Below are positions 7,674 to 17,500 of a DNA stretch of 44,108 nucleotides, in pieces. The notes below the pieces were generated by a model. The model was not told the DNA's origin and searched no databases. It saw only the letters and a program-made list of their open reading frames with translations. The first letter of the stretch is position 1. Each line of letters starts with the position of its first letter. This DNA comes from Candidatus Omnitrophota bacterium (lineage in GTDB: Bacteria; Omnitrophota; Omnitrophia; Omnitrophales; Aquincolibacteriaceae): the NCBI GenBank assembly GCA_043803685.1, contig JAZDJU010000085.1:1-44108 (forward strand), read 5' to 3'. A program made the translations under genes and the position numbers.

Positions 7674-8867
7674 ATGAGCCCTCTCCCCCTGAAAGGAAAA
7701 GCGGTTGTCGCGCAGTCAGGTGGTTGCACAGCGGTCATCAATCAAAGCCTCGCGGGGGTCGTCAAGGCCGCAAAAGCCTGCTCCGCGATCACTGAGATCT
7801 TTGGATCACGGAACGGCATTGAAGGCATTTTGAACAGTTCCTTCGTGAACCTTGGGATCGAGTCCCTGGAGCAGATGCGCCTCGTCGCAGAATCCCCTTC
7901 CGCCGCACTCGGTTCTTCCCGCTACAAGCTCAAACCCGGAGATGACCATAAGATCGTCGCCGCACTCCGGAAACACCATATCCGCTACGTTTTCCTGATC
8001 GGGGGAAATGACACGGCGAACACCAGCCTCCAGATCGCAAGAGCCGCGGAAAAAGACCGCTATGAGCTCCGTGTCATCCACATCCCGAAGACCATCGACA
8101 ATGACCTGATCGAAACCGACCACTGCCCTGGGTACGGATCCGTCGCGCGCTTTGCGGCCATCACCACACAAGAGGCGGCGCTCGATACCCAGGCCATGAA
8201 AAATGTCGACCCGGTCAAGATCATCGAACTCATGGGAAGGAATTCCGGCTGGATCGTCGCGGCCTCGGCCCTCCTCAAAAGATCTCCGGAAGACGCCCCG
8301 CATCTTTTGCTTATCCCTGAGGTCCCGTTCGATGAGACATCGTTCATTAAAAGGACCGAAGCCATTCTTCAATCCGTGGGGTATTGCATCATTGTGATTT
8401 CGGAAACGATACGCGATTATCAGGGGAACCGGATCGGCCGCAAGACTGAAGGCATCAAAGCGGATCCGTTCGGCCACAAATATGTTGAAGGCACCGCGGC
8501 CCGTCTTGCCGCGATCCTTGAAAAGAACCTCGGAGTCCGCGCCCGCTTTGACAAACCCGGAACGATCCAACGCATGTCGATGGCGTATATCTCGAAGACC
8601 GATCAAAAGGAAGCTTATCAGGCGGGCGTTCAGGCAGTGAAATGGGCTGTCCGTGGAATGACCCGGGTCATGGTAGGATTTGATAGAAAGCAGGGAGAGA
8701 AGTACGGCATTATCTATAAGCCGGTGTCGCTCGAAAAGATCCCGAGCCGTGAGCGAGACCTTCCCGAGGAATTTTTTGACAAGAAAAAAGGGATGATCAC
8801 GCAAGCGTTCGTGGAATACGCCCTACCGCTTCTCGGCTCAAAACCCCCCAACTTCGCTTCGTTTTAA
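7674..8867 (+). CDS. pfp: Pyrophosphate-dependent 6-phosphofructokinase
   Basis: AQSGG, GGNDT (the Asp indicates PPi use), PKTIDND, ELMGR and DPFGH motifs. Confidence 0.88.
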   Translation: MSPLPLKGKAVVAQSGGCTAVINQSLAGVVKAAKACSAITEIFGSRNGIEGILNSSFVNLGIESLEQMRLVAESPSAALGSSRYKLKPGDDHKIVAALRKHHIRYVFLIGGNDTANTSLQIARAAEKDRYELRVIHIPKTIDNDLIETDHCPGYGSVARFAAITTQEAALDTQAMKNVDPVKIIELMGRNSGWIVAASALLKRSPEDAPHLLLIPEVPFDETSFIKRTEAILQSVGYCIIVISETIRDYQGNRIGRKTEGIKADPFGHKYVEGTAARLAAILEKNLGVRARFDKPGTIQRMSMAYISKTDQKEAYQAGVQAVKWAVRGMTRVMVGFDRKQGEKYGIIYKPVSLEKIPSRERDLPEEFFDKKKGMITQAFVEYALPLLGSKPPNFASF

Positions 8868-8872
8868 AACAA

Positions 8873-8893
8873 AAAAGGGGGCAGACCCCTTTT
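8873..8893. repeat. REP-like palindrome AAAAGGGGGCAGACCCCTTTT; possible bidirectional terminator
   Basis: Hairpin between convergent pfp and prfC; related copies at 22286-22302, 22307-22326 and 31724-31736. Confidence 0.6.
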
Positions 8894-8917
8894 CACGATA
8901 AATGGGTTGTTCAGTGC

Positions 8918-8957
8918 GCACTTGTTCTCCATTTTAAAATATATCGAAAACTAGTGC
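8918..8957. repeat. 40-bp palindromic element, copy 1
   Basis: GCACTTGTTCTC-16 nt AT-rich-GAAAACTAGTGC; a same-length copy lies at 25212-25251. Confidence 0.65.
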
Positions 8958-8991
8958 TGCGCTAAACTTCTTATAAATTTTTACGGGTCGT

Positions 8992-10587
8992 TTAGTGCGG
9001 AGAATCTCGCAGGACAACGTGCGGATTTTTTTCCTGGAAATTCTTCAGCAACCATTCGCTCAGGAAGAGAAGCACCCGCCGGCCCTGCTCATCCCGGGCC
9101 AAGGCAACGCCGTAAGAAAGCAGTTCCCCGAGAGCCTCGTCATTAAGAGAACTCTCCGCCCACCGGAGGAGCTTCCACGGTAACATCTCAAGCTGGGAAT
9201 CCGCGCCGTATTCTTCCTTCAACCGGTACTGCAACACTTCATATTGCAAAGGCCCCACAGCCCCCAGAAGCGCGCTATTGGGATTGAAGGGTTTGATCCA
9301 GCTGAAGACCTGAACAATGTCCTCGGCCAGCAAATGCTCGATCCCTTTCCGGAAGGGTTTGTATTTCCCGGGAGATGGATTGTGGATCGAGGCGAAACAC
9401 TCGGGCGCGAACCGCGGAATGGAATTGAAGATGATCGAGGGGTCTTCGCTCACGGTGTCCCCCACGCGAAAATCCGATTTAACCGGAAAACCAATGATAT
9501 CCCCGGGGAACGCCTCATTCACGGTCTCACGGCTCTGTCCCAAAAGTGTGTGCGATCCCGAGAGCCTCACGCCTTTCCCCGTCCGCGTATGAATGACATC
9601 CATGTCCCTGGAAAAGATCCCTGAGCAGATACGAAGAAAAGCGATCCTGTCGCGATGGAGCGGGTTCATATTGGTCTGGATCTTGAAAATAAATCCTGAA
9701 AAAGCCTTCGAAGTGACGGGGATGGGCTTATCCCCCGCGTTTCTCTCCGCGGGCCCGGAAGAATATTTGATGAAACCGTCGAGTAAAAGCTGAACGCCGA
9801 AATTGTTCGCCGCGCTCCCGAAGTAGACAGGCGTCGTTTTCCCCTCGAGCACCGACTCCGGAGAAAAACCGACATGCGCCGTGTCCAAAAGCTCCAATTC
9901 TTCCGCCGCCCGGCCATAAGATCCTTCGTCGACGATCTGCTTCACCGCAGGATCCGAGAATCCGTGGATCGAAACAGGAGCCCGGTAAGCGCCTCCGGGA
10001 ACCTTCTGAAAAAGATGCACTTCCTTTTGAATCCTGTCATAGACGCCCCTGAATTCCCGGCCATCTCCGAGCGGCCAATTGACCGGATAGGCATGGATCC
10101 CGAGAACCGTTTCCAATTCGTCGATCAACGCGAGAGGAGCGAGCCCCGGGCGATCCAGTTTATTCATAAAAGTGAAGATCGGGATCCCGCGGTGGCGGCA
10201 GATCTCAAAAAGTTTACGGGTCTGACTCTCGATGCCCTTCCCCGAATCGATCACCATGACCACAGCGTCAACCGCCATCAACACCCGGTAGGTATCTTCC
10301 GAAAAATCCTTGTGACCCGGCGTATCGAGAAGATTGATGCGCCACGGACCGTAATCGAATTGAAGCAGGGTAGAACTGATGGAGATCCCGCGCTTCTTTT
10401 CCATTTCCATCCAGTCCGAGGCGGTTTCGCGCTCCTGCTTCCGGGCAGTCACAGAACCGGCCAGCTGGACCGCGCCGCCGTAGAGAAGGAACTTTTCCGT
10501 GAGCGTTGTCTTGCCAGCGTCCGGATGCGAGATGATCGCGAACGTCCGCCGTCTCAAAATCTCTTCGTGGATCATATCTGTCTGCAT
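8992..10587 (-). CDS. prfC: Peptide chain release factor 3
   Basis: RRRTFAIISHPDAGKTTLTEK, DTPGHKDFSEDTYR, NKLD, GAVGPLQYEV. Confidence 0.97.
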   Translation of the reverse strand: MQTDMIHEEILRRRTFAIISHPDAGKTTLTEKFLLYGGAVQLAGSVTARKQERETASDWMEMEKKRGISISSTLLQFDYGPWRINLLDTPGHKDFSEDTYRVLMAVDAVVMVIDSGKGIESQTRKLFEICRHRGIPIFTFMNKLDRPGLAPLALIDELETVLGIHAYPVNWPLGDGREFRGVYDRIQKEVHLFQKVPGGAYRAPVSIHGFSDPAVKQIVDEGSYGRAAEELELLDTAHVGFSPESVLEGKTTPVYFGSAANNFGVQLLLDGFIKYSSGPAERNAGDKPIPVTSKAFSGFIFKIQTNMNPLHRDRIAFLRICSGIFSRDMDVIHTRTGKGVRLSGSHTLLGQSRETVNEAFPGDIIGFPVKSDFRVGDTVSEDPSIIFNSIPRFAPECFASIHNPSPGKYKPFRKGIEHLLAEDIVQVFSWIKPFNPNSALLGAVGPLQYEVLQYRLKEEYGADSQLEMLPWKLLRWAESSLNDEALGELLSYGVALARDEQGRRVLLFLSEWLLKNFQEKNPHVVLRDSPH

Positions 10588-10590
10588 TAG

Positions 10591-11505
10591 TTAGCTTCCA
10601 CGCTGGTCAGATTCGCGAAGGAAGTTGGCGTTGCTCTTCCACCCTGGGATCACTTTGCACCAGAGCTCCAGGAACACTTTTTTACCGAGGAACCGTTCGA
10701 TGTCGAGACGCGCGGCCATGCCGATCTGTTTGATCTTCTCGCCGCCCTTGCCGATCACGATCGCTTTCTGGGAATCCCGCTCGATCACGATCGTGGCGTG
10801 GATCCGGGTAATGCGACCGTCTTCTTTGAACTCATCGATCCTCACAGCTCCGTCGTACGGAAGTTCCTCTCCAAGAAAGTGATAAAGCTTTTCGCGTATC
10901 ATTTCTTGGACGTGAAAGCGGACGTTCTGATCGGAAAGCTGGTCCTCGGGGTAAATAAACTCTCCCTCAGGCAGATATTTAAGCGTCTGCTGGATCAAGG
11001 TCTTAACGTTCTCCCCGGTCTTTGCGCTGATGGGGATGAACTCTTTGAAAGAGAAAGCCTTTTGATAAGAATCCAGCGCTAGCAAGAGATCGTCCTTGGG
11101 GAACCGGTCGATCTGGTTGACCAAAAGGAAGACCGGGATCGAAACTTCCTGGATCCACTTCAAGATGATCCGTTCCGTATCTCCCATGGCCTTGGGATAC
11201 ACCATCCAGTACAAAAGTTCCGCGTCCGCAAGCGACTGCTGGACCTCGCGGACCATGCCGGCACCCAATGCATCTTTCGGCTGATGGACGCCCGGCGTAT
11301 CAAGAAAGATGATCTGTCCGGCATAAGGACTCTGGACCGTCGAGCCATCCGGAATGGTCAAGATGCCCCGGATCACATCGCGCGTCGTCTGCGGCTTGGC
11401 GGAGGTTCCTGCCAGTTTTTCCCCCACCAGCTGGTTCAAAAGGGTGGACTTCCCTACATTGGGTCTTCCGATGATCGCGACATGGCCTACTTTTTTTTCA
11501 GACAT
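10591..11505 (-). CDS. era: GTPase Era
   Basis: GRPNVGKSTL, KPQTTR, DTPG and KH-domain VIGKGG; start at 11505 has a GGAG SD and overlaps the upstream stop. Confidence 0.95.
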   Translation of the reverse strand: MSEKKVGHVAIIGRPNVGKSTLLNQLVGEKLAGTSAKPQTTRDVIRGILTIPDGSTVQSPYAGQIIFLDTPGVHQPKDALGAGMVREVQQSLADAELLYWMVYPKAMGDTERIILKWIQEVSIPVFLLVNQIDRFPKDDLLLALDSYQKAFSFKEFIPISAKTGENVKTLIQQTLKYLPEGEFIYPEDQLSDQNVRFHVQEMIREKLYHFLGEELPYDGAVRIDEFKEDGRITRIHATIVIERDSQKAIVIGKGGEKIKQIGMAARLDIERFLGKKVFLELWCKVIPGWKSNANFLRESDQRGS

Positions 11506-12715
11506 TCGTTTTTTCTCCATTCGCTACAGGATCCGTCTTGCCATGGGGCGTAAAGGGTTGAACCAGAATCGAGCCTAACTTGGTCAATCCTTGCGTCACC
11601 TGGATAGGCGCGCTTGCCGCGATCTTCACGGTTCCGACAATACCCGCCTTGGTCTTGGCGATCAAGGCTTTTTGGAACGCCTTCGTGAAAGCGCCAAACA
11701 CGCGGAACTTGGGATCATCGATGTCGCCATCGACCTTGATGTCGAGCTCCAGGGATTTTTGATCCTCCATGAGAAGACGAATAGCGTCGAACGGATACTT
11801 CAGGATCTTTTGCGTCGTGGTCGGCGCGGCGAATGTCAGGGATTTAAGACTCAACAAATGCTCGGACCGCAGATCCCCTTCGACACACAAGAGATGCGAT
11901 TTAAGATCAAACGTTCCTGTTTGGACTTCCCCGAGGATCTCCGAAAGAAGAAAATCATATTCCGCCAAAGAACCGTCCGTGATCTGGACCTTCACGTCAA
12001 AATTATCCCCATCCGCGAACTGACATGTCCCGCCGCCGGTAAAACGTGCGGGAGGGTTCACGCCAAACGTCGCGTCCACCTCGATCGTCTCCGTAAAGGT
12101 CGGACTGGCATAGTCCGAGAGAAAATCAAAACCGTCCCAATGCCCCTTGATGTGCTCAAAGATCCACTTGTGCTCGTCGGGCTCGCGCCGGTCATCAAAG
12201 ATCAGCGTCCCTTTTTCGAGCTCCAGGCGGTCGATCCTGACACGCCAGGAATCTTCGCCGATATTGTCCGGATGCGGCATCGACCTCGGCGGAAGCGGCG
12301 GCCCATCCACATCCAATCCCATACTGTGGTACCAATGGATAACATTGTTGCGCGACCCCTCGGGGGTCATGTAGCTCTCAATGGCAAAAACCACTTCCTT
12401 GAAACGGGCCTTCTTGATCCGGATGAACTTGTTCTTGAGCACCCGGAGATCCAAAGTGCATTCGATCTCTTTGCAGGTGAAATGATCCTTTCGTTTGAAT
12501 CCCGGGGGATTAAGGATCTCGAGTTTTTTCACGCTCACACGCGCCAGAAAAGGCGCGATGCTCATGCCCTCGATGTGCACCGGCATATCGAAAAGCCGGG
12601 TCATGACTTTTTCCAGAAAAGGCTCGGCCGCCAACCCCAACAGCCGGGGATGCAACACCCCCAGGATCAGCGTCAACGCCAAAATAAGCCGAAAAGGTCT
12701 AAACTTCTTCTTCAT
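11498..12715 (-). CDS. AsmA-like/DUF748 family envelope protein
   Basis: N-terminal TM anchor; LEILNPPGF; beta-rich body; C-terminal VDGDIDDPKF. Confidence 0.65.
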   Translation of the reverse strand: MKKKFRPFRLILALTLILGVLHPRLLGLAAEPFLEKVMTRLFDMPVHIEGMSIAPFLARVSVKKLEILNPPGFKRKDHFTCKEIECTLDLRVLKNKFIRIKKARFKEVVFAIESYMTPEGSRNNVIHWYHSMGLDVDGPPLPPRSMPHPDNIGEDSWRVRIDRLELEKGTLIFDDRREPDEHKWIFEHIKGHWDGFDFLSDYASPTFTETIEVDATFGVNPPARFTGGGTCQFADGDNFDVKVQITDGSLAEYDFLLSEILGEVQTGTFDLKSHLLCVEGDLRSEHLLSLKSLTFAAPTTTQKILKYPFDAIRLLMEDQKSLELDIKVDGDIDDPKFRVFGAFTKAFQKALIAKTKAGIVGTVKIAASAPIQVTQGLTKLGSILVQPFTPHGKTDPVANGEKTNV

Positions 12716-13722
12716 CGCGGATTCAATCCCTTCCGGAAGATCTCCTCCCGGTGATAAAGTTCTTTCAATCGCTCAATATCGTCCGGGCTCAACACCGGTT
12801 TCGAAGAGGCGGTCACGTTCTCAAGCACCTGCGCCCGCGTCTTGGCTCCGACGATCGCCGTCGAAACAGTTCCGAACGCAAGCACGAATTCCAAGGCCGC
12901 CCTAGTCAGTGGCAAAGTCCCGAGCATTCCCTGGATCAACTGGATCTTCTGCCAATCGGCTTCCCGTTTTTCCGGGATCCACCGACGACGGTGATCGTCC
13001 TTCGGAAATTCGTGGGACGGCGCGTATTGACCGCTCAAAAGCCCTGACGCAAGGGGCTCCCGGACGATCACGCCGACACCTTTTTTTTCTGCCTCGGGAA
13101 GAATTCGCGAGATCATACGCTGATCCAACAGATTCAAAATGATCTGGATCGCGTGGACCCGGGGATCCTCGAGCGCCGCCAAGGCCTCTTCCTCGGTGTG
13201 AACCGAGATCCCGATGAAACGGATCTTCCCCTCTTTCCTCAGTTTTTCCAGGAGGCTCACCAGGTCTCCCTTTTGGATCAGGTCCAAAGAGGGATTGTGG
13301 AGCTGGAAAAGATCGATCGCGTCCGTGCCGAGACGTTTAAGACTTTGCTCGCAGGCGAACCGGACATAACCCGGATCAAAATTTTTCTTGTGCCCAACGG
13401 AAGGAAGTTTTCCAGACGCCCCTTGTAAAAGAGAGGCCGATTTTTGCGAAGGCGTATAAAAATCCCAACCGCACTTGGTGGCCAGGATCCAACGATCACG
13501 AGATTTCCCCTTCAGGAATTTCTTCAGGAGTTCCTCGCTATGGCCTTCCCCATAAATGTCGGCTGTGTCAAAGAAGTTGACCCCGGCATCCCACGCGGCT
13601 TCAAGGGCCTCTAAAGAATCTTCATCGCGAACAGGACCGTAGGCATTGCCCCCGATGGCCCAGCCCCCAAAGCCGATCTCGGAAACACGTAAACCTGTTC
13701 TCCCGAAAGGGCGATCTTTCAT
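12712..13722 (-). CDS. Aldo/keto reductase
   Basis: GLRVSEIGFG, FDTADIYG, ATK, SLKRLGTDAIDLFQLH and PLASGLL motifs. Confidence 0.93.
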   Translation of the reverse strand: MKDRPFGRTGLRVSEIGFGGWAIGGNAYGPVRDEDSLEALEAAWDAGVNFFDTADIYGEGHSEELLKKFLKGKSRDRWILATKCGWDFYTPSQKSASLLQGASGKLPSVGHKKNFDPGYVRFACEQSLKRLGTDAIDLFQLHNPSLDLIQKGDLVSLLEKLRKEGKIRFIGISVHTEEEALAALEDPRVHAIQIILNLLDQRMISRILPEAEKKGVGVIVREPLASGLLSGQYAPSHEFPKDDHRRRWIPEKREADWQKIQLIQGMLGTLPLTRAALEFVLAFGTVSTAIVGAKTRAQVLENVTASSKPVLSPDDIERLKELYHREEIFRKGLNPR

Positions 13723-13779
13723 ACGGCGAATGACAGCTCCGGCCTGAGGCGCCTGAAGAAGGGGGAAATGATCGGGCGG

Positions 13780-14109
13780 TTATTTCGGAAAAAGTTCGTC
13801 AATGGCTTTTTGGATCTTGTCCTGGGACTGAAAACCCACTAGCTGTTTTGCGACTTCCCCATCCTTGAAGAAAAGGACTGTCGGAATGCCCTGGATCCCG
13901 TATTTTTGAGGGGTGTTCGGGTTTTCATCGACGTTCATCTTCCCGACCGCAAGACGCCCGGCATTACTTCCGGCGATCTTTTCGATCACAGGACCCAACA
14001 TGCGGCAGGGTCCGCACCACTCAGCCCAAAAATCGACCAGCACGGGTTGGGGAGATTGAAGCACTTCCGTTTGAAAATTGGCATCGGTGAGGGTCTTTTC
14101 TCGGCTCAT
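13780..14109 (-). CDS. trxA: Thioredoxin
   Basis: VLVDFWAEWCGPC and GIPT motifs; ATG at 14109 with TAAGGAG SD. Confidence 0.95.
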   Translation of the reverse strand: MSREKTLTDANFQTEVLQSPQPVLVDFWAEWCGPCRMLGPVIEKIAGSNAGRLAVGKMNVDENPNTPQKYGIQGIPTVLFFKDGEVAKQLVGFQSQDKIQKAIDELFPK

Positions 14110-14162
14110 GGGACAGCTCCTTATGGAAGATAACGGTGACGAACTCGGTGCAACGGAGCCGT

Positions 14163-14191
14163 AATATACACCGAACACAGGGTTCTGTCCA
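14163..14191 (-). promoter_or_regulatory. Putative sigma70 promoter of trxA
   Basis: TGGACA-N17-TATATT on the minus strand. Confidence 0.5.
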
Positions 14192-14235
14192 CACGGTCGG
14201 AAACCGGTCTACAATTTCCGCCAGCCGGCGGAAAT

Positions 14236-14468
14236 CGAACAGCGGTACAGCAGATCATCCGCACCCCGAGGTCCCCGGAAAGTTTCAAGAGGATCTTCTT
14301 GCCATATTCCGCCCTTCCGCCGTTCATTGGGACGTGTCAATTGATGAAGTGGCCGGTTTGCCAATAGGTTTGAACGCAGGCCTGATCGATCTTTTGCTAG
14401 CTGAGGAGAAGAGCTTGGCGGATCTTATCGCGGAGCGCGACGTAGGTCGCGACAGCTATTGTTTTCAT
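14236..14468 (-). pseudogene. Degenerate DUF1016 (YhcG) N-terminal-domain gene remnant
   Basis: From ATG 14468: MKTIAVATYVALRDKIRQALLLS*QKIDQACVQTYWQTGHFIN*HVPMNGGRAEYGKKILLKLSGDLGV. In-frame TAG (14399-14397) and TGA (14339-14337), then a frameshift to DDLLYRC. TYW.TG and RAEYG..L..LS.DL are DUF1016_N-like. Confidence 0.7.
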
Positions 14469-14499
14469 GCACGCTGCCCTGGCTTTGTTTTTCCAGCGT

Positions 14500-15035
<536 letters not shown>

Positions 15036-15080
15036 TGACCTTCCTCTTGAAATCCGGCCATTTTTTTGGCGTCAAAATAT

Positions 15081-15174
15081 CTGACCCTTTGAGGCTCTAA
15101 AACGACTTTAAAAGGGAAATCTTTACCCCGTTAGAGCCTCGCCAGAGCTTCCCCAAGTCCTTGCTAAAGGTCAG
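15081..15174. repeat. Nested inverted repeats upstream of the pilin
   Basis: GAGGCTCTAA (15091-15100) / TTAGAGCCTC (15131-15140); outer CTGACCCTTT / AAAGGTCAG; contains ACCCCGTTAGAG, also found at 36455. Confidence 0.6.
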
Positions 15175-15202
15175 GATTTTGAAGAGACAAAAGCACCGTA
15201 AA

Positions 15203-15577
15203 TCACTCCGGGCCGAGGATCTCGAGGATGGCATTGAACACCCCGTCCACGAAAGGTTTCTGGATCACTCTAGCGGCCCCCACCTCCTGGGCTAAAGATT
15301 CGATCTTCTCCTCCTGAAGGGCCGTAAAAAAAACCACCGGGATGTGTCCCGTCTCTTTCGCGGCCTTCAACTGCCGGCAGGTCTCATAACCGTCCATGCC
15401 TGGCATGGCGATATCGAGCAAGACAAGGTCCGGCTGCCATGTTTTGGCTTTTTCAATACCGCTCACTGCGTCATTGGCTGTCTCTACTAAAAATCCGCGC
15501 GACGAAACACGAACCTTTAAAAGCGTCGCCACCATCGGCTCATCATCTACGACCAGGATTTTTTTGGGAGCCATCAT
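15203..15577 (-). CDS. Single-domain response regulator (CheY-like receiver)
   Basis: ILVVDDE, LLDIAMPGMDG, FFTA and QKPF motifs; TAAGGAGG SD. Confidence 0.93.
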   Translation of the reverse strand: MMAPKKILVVDDEPMVATLLKVRVSSRGFLVETANDAVSGIEKAKTWQPDLVLLDIAMPGMDGYETCRQLKAAKETGHIPVVFFTALQEEKIESLAQEVGAARVIQKPFVDGVFNAILEILGPE

Positions 15578-15649
15578 TCCTCCTTAAATTTGAACTTAGA
15601 ATTCATGCCTGCAGCACCCGCTCACTCTACGTTAATGATCGGGTTGTGA

Positions 15650-17439
15650 CTATTTGTTGGGCGCCCCTGGGGCATCCCCATCCGCGCTTTTTTCAACGCA
15701 AACCCTGTTACGCCCTTCCGACTTTGCGCGGTAGAGCGCCTCATCCGCACGAAGAACCATGATGTCGGGAACCGTCTCTCCCGATCGCAGGGCCGAGACC
15801 CCAATGCTTACCGTCAAAGGAATCTTGACCCCTTCGTAGCTGAAAGGGTTCTGTTCAAATTGCTTCCGGATCTTTTCCGCATAGTTAAAAGTCGCGTCGA
15901 TCAAATGGCATTTCCTGAACATGACAATGAATTCCTCGCCACCATAGCGCCCGACGGCGCTCTCTTCACCAGTCCCCGTTCCCGTCGTCTGAGTAAGGAA
16001 CCGGAGGTTCTCGGCGACGTAACGAAGCGCCGCATCTCCAACCATGTGTCCATATTCGTCATTGATCTTCTTGAATAGATCGAGGTCCATAAGAAGAATG
16101 GAAAGGGATTGCTGTTTTTTTGGGCCTCGATGACCGCATCATTGAGCAGAGTCCGGAAATGGCGGATCACATAAAGCCCGGTCAGCCCGTCCCGCGTCGC
16201 GAGGGCAAAGAGGCGCGCCTGCTCGCGCCGTCCGATCGTGATCGAAAAGACCGCCGAAAATATAAAGAGCGAAGCGATCAAAAGGAGCGGGTTCATCACA
16301 TAGATCCAGATCCCCTGGTCGACAAAAAGCCAGAAAGCGAAAAGGACCCATAAAAGTGCAGACCCAAAACCGACCACAAGCGAGAAAGCCTGCCTTGAAA
16401 TAAGGAAGGCGAAAGAAAGCAACAGTCCGATCACGAGAAGCGCGATCCTGTTCCAGCGAGGCGCCACAGGCCGCGCGAACCGTCCCAGAAGGATGCTATT
16501 CATGATGTTGGTTTGAACCCCGACCGCGGGATAGGTCTCTTCGATTGAATTCGCTTTAATGTCCGTAAGCCCGGGCGCCGTGAGACCGATCACGCAGATC
16601 CTTCCCTTGATCTTGTTGGGCGTGATAAGAGGCTTCCGCCCTTCGCGAAGGGCAGCGTAGCTCTGAATAATGTCCAAAAAGGAATAATGCCGGAAGGAAT
16701 CCTTCCATTTCCCCACCCAGTTGATGAAGATCCTTCCCTGCGGGTCGGTAGGAAGGTCCCACTTGTCTTTATGGATGTCCTCGCCGAGATAATCGAACGC
16801 CGCCTTGATGCCAAGATAAGGATAGGTTCCCCCGTTATGGGAAAGAAGCGGGATGACCCGACGGATCGTTCCATCCCTGTCCGGATAAATATTCACGTGT
16901 CCGACCCCTTTGACATAGCGTTCGAATTCGGGCATGGCATGGACCCAACTTGGCTTCCCTTCAAGAGACTCCAGAGCGACAGGCAAATAGACATTCCCGG
17001 CTTCCTTGATGGCCTGACTTAACGCCTCGTCATCAAAAGTCGTGCTCGGCTCGCTAAAGGTCACGTCAAAAACGATCTCCTTCGCGCCCCATTCCTTTAA
17101 AATATGGATCAGTGCGGCATGATGGTATCGCGGCCACGGCCAACGGCCGAGCGTCTGCAAACTATCATCGGCGATGTCGATATGGACGATGGCCGGATGC
17201 ATCGCGATCGGAGGTCTTTCACGGAAAAACAGATCGACAAAAACGTTCTCGAAGCGCTCCATCAGAGGCGTGTTCATCACCAGCAGATGAAAACCAATGA
17301 TGAGCAGGCAGCAACTGAAATGCATCAGATGCAAACGGAAGGTCGTGCTGAAATAAAAGGCGACCGTGCGCTGTTTACGCCTGAAAAAGCTGTCGGGCGC
17401 CTGCACAAAGCCGGCCGGCGGGTTCCTTAAAGGAGTCAT
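15650..17439 (-). pseudogene. CHASE2-GGDEF diguanylate cyclase split by a frameshift at an A7 tract (pseudogene, slippage-expressed gene or assembly error)
   Basis: ORF 15901-17439 has CHASE2 (GRWPWPR, DRDGTIRR), TM helices and ATRDGLTGLY. ORF 15650-16090 has DLDLFKKINDEYGH and RYGGEEF. One extra A at 16115-16121 joins them as EAQKKQQSLSILLMDLD. Confidence 0.85.
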
Positions 17440-17500
17440 GGTCTTCTTTCCGGGTCCTGATTCAAAGCTCTTCTAAGTTTCGGAATCCTGCGCCGCAAAC

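Noticed and set aside
7806..8804. Long antisense ORFs (here, and 11591-12754, 23200-24090, 28295-29200, 38595-39644)
   Set aside because: They mirror well-supported genes on the opposite strand, as expected from GC-rich codon bias.
11491..11498. Other 8-nt homopolymers in CDSs (era here; also AKR at 13081 and the receiver at 15326) as phase-variation sites
   Set aside because: All are in frame within Lys/Phe codon runs. They show that such tracts are common here, which tempers the cyclase finding.
15036..15202. c-di-GMP riboswitch or sigma54 promoter ahead of the pilin
   Set aside because: No GEMM-type GCAAA/GAAA receptor pattern and no TGGC-N-TTGC with correct spacing on the minus strand.
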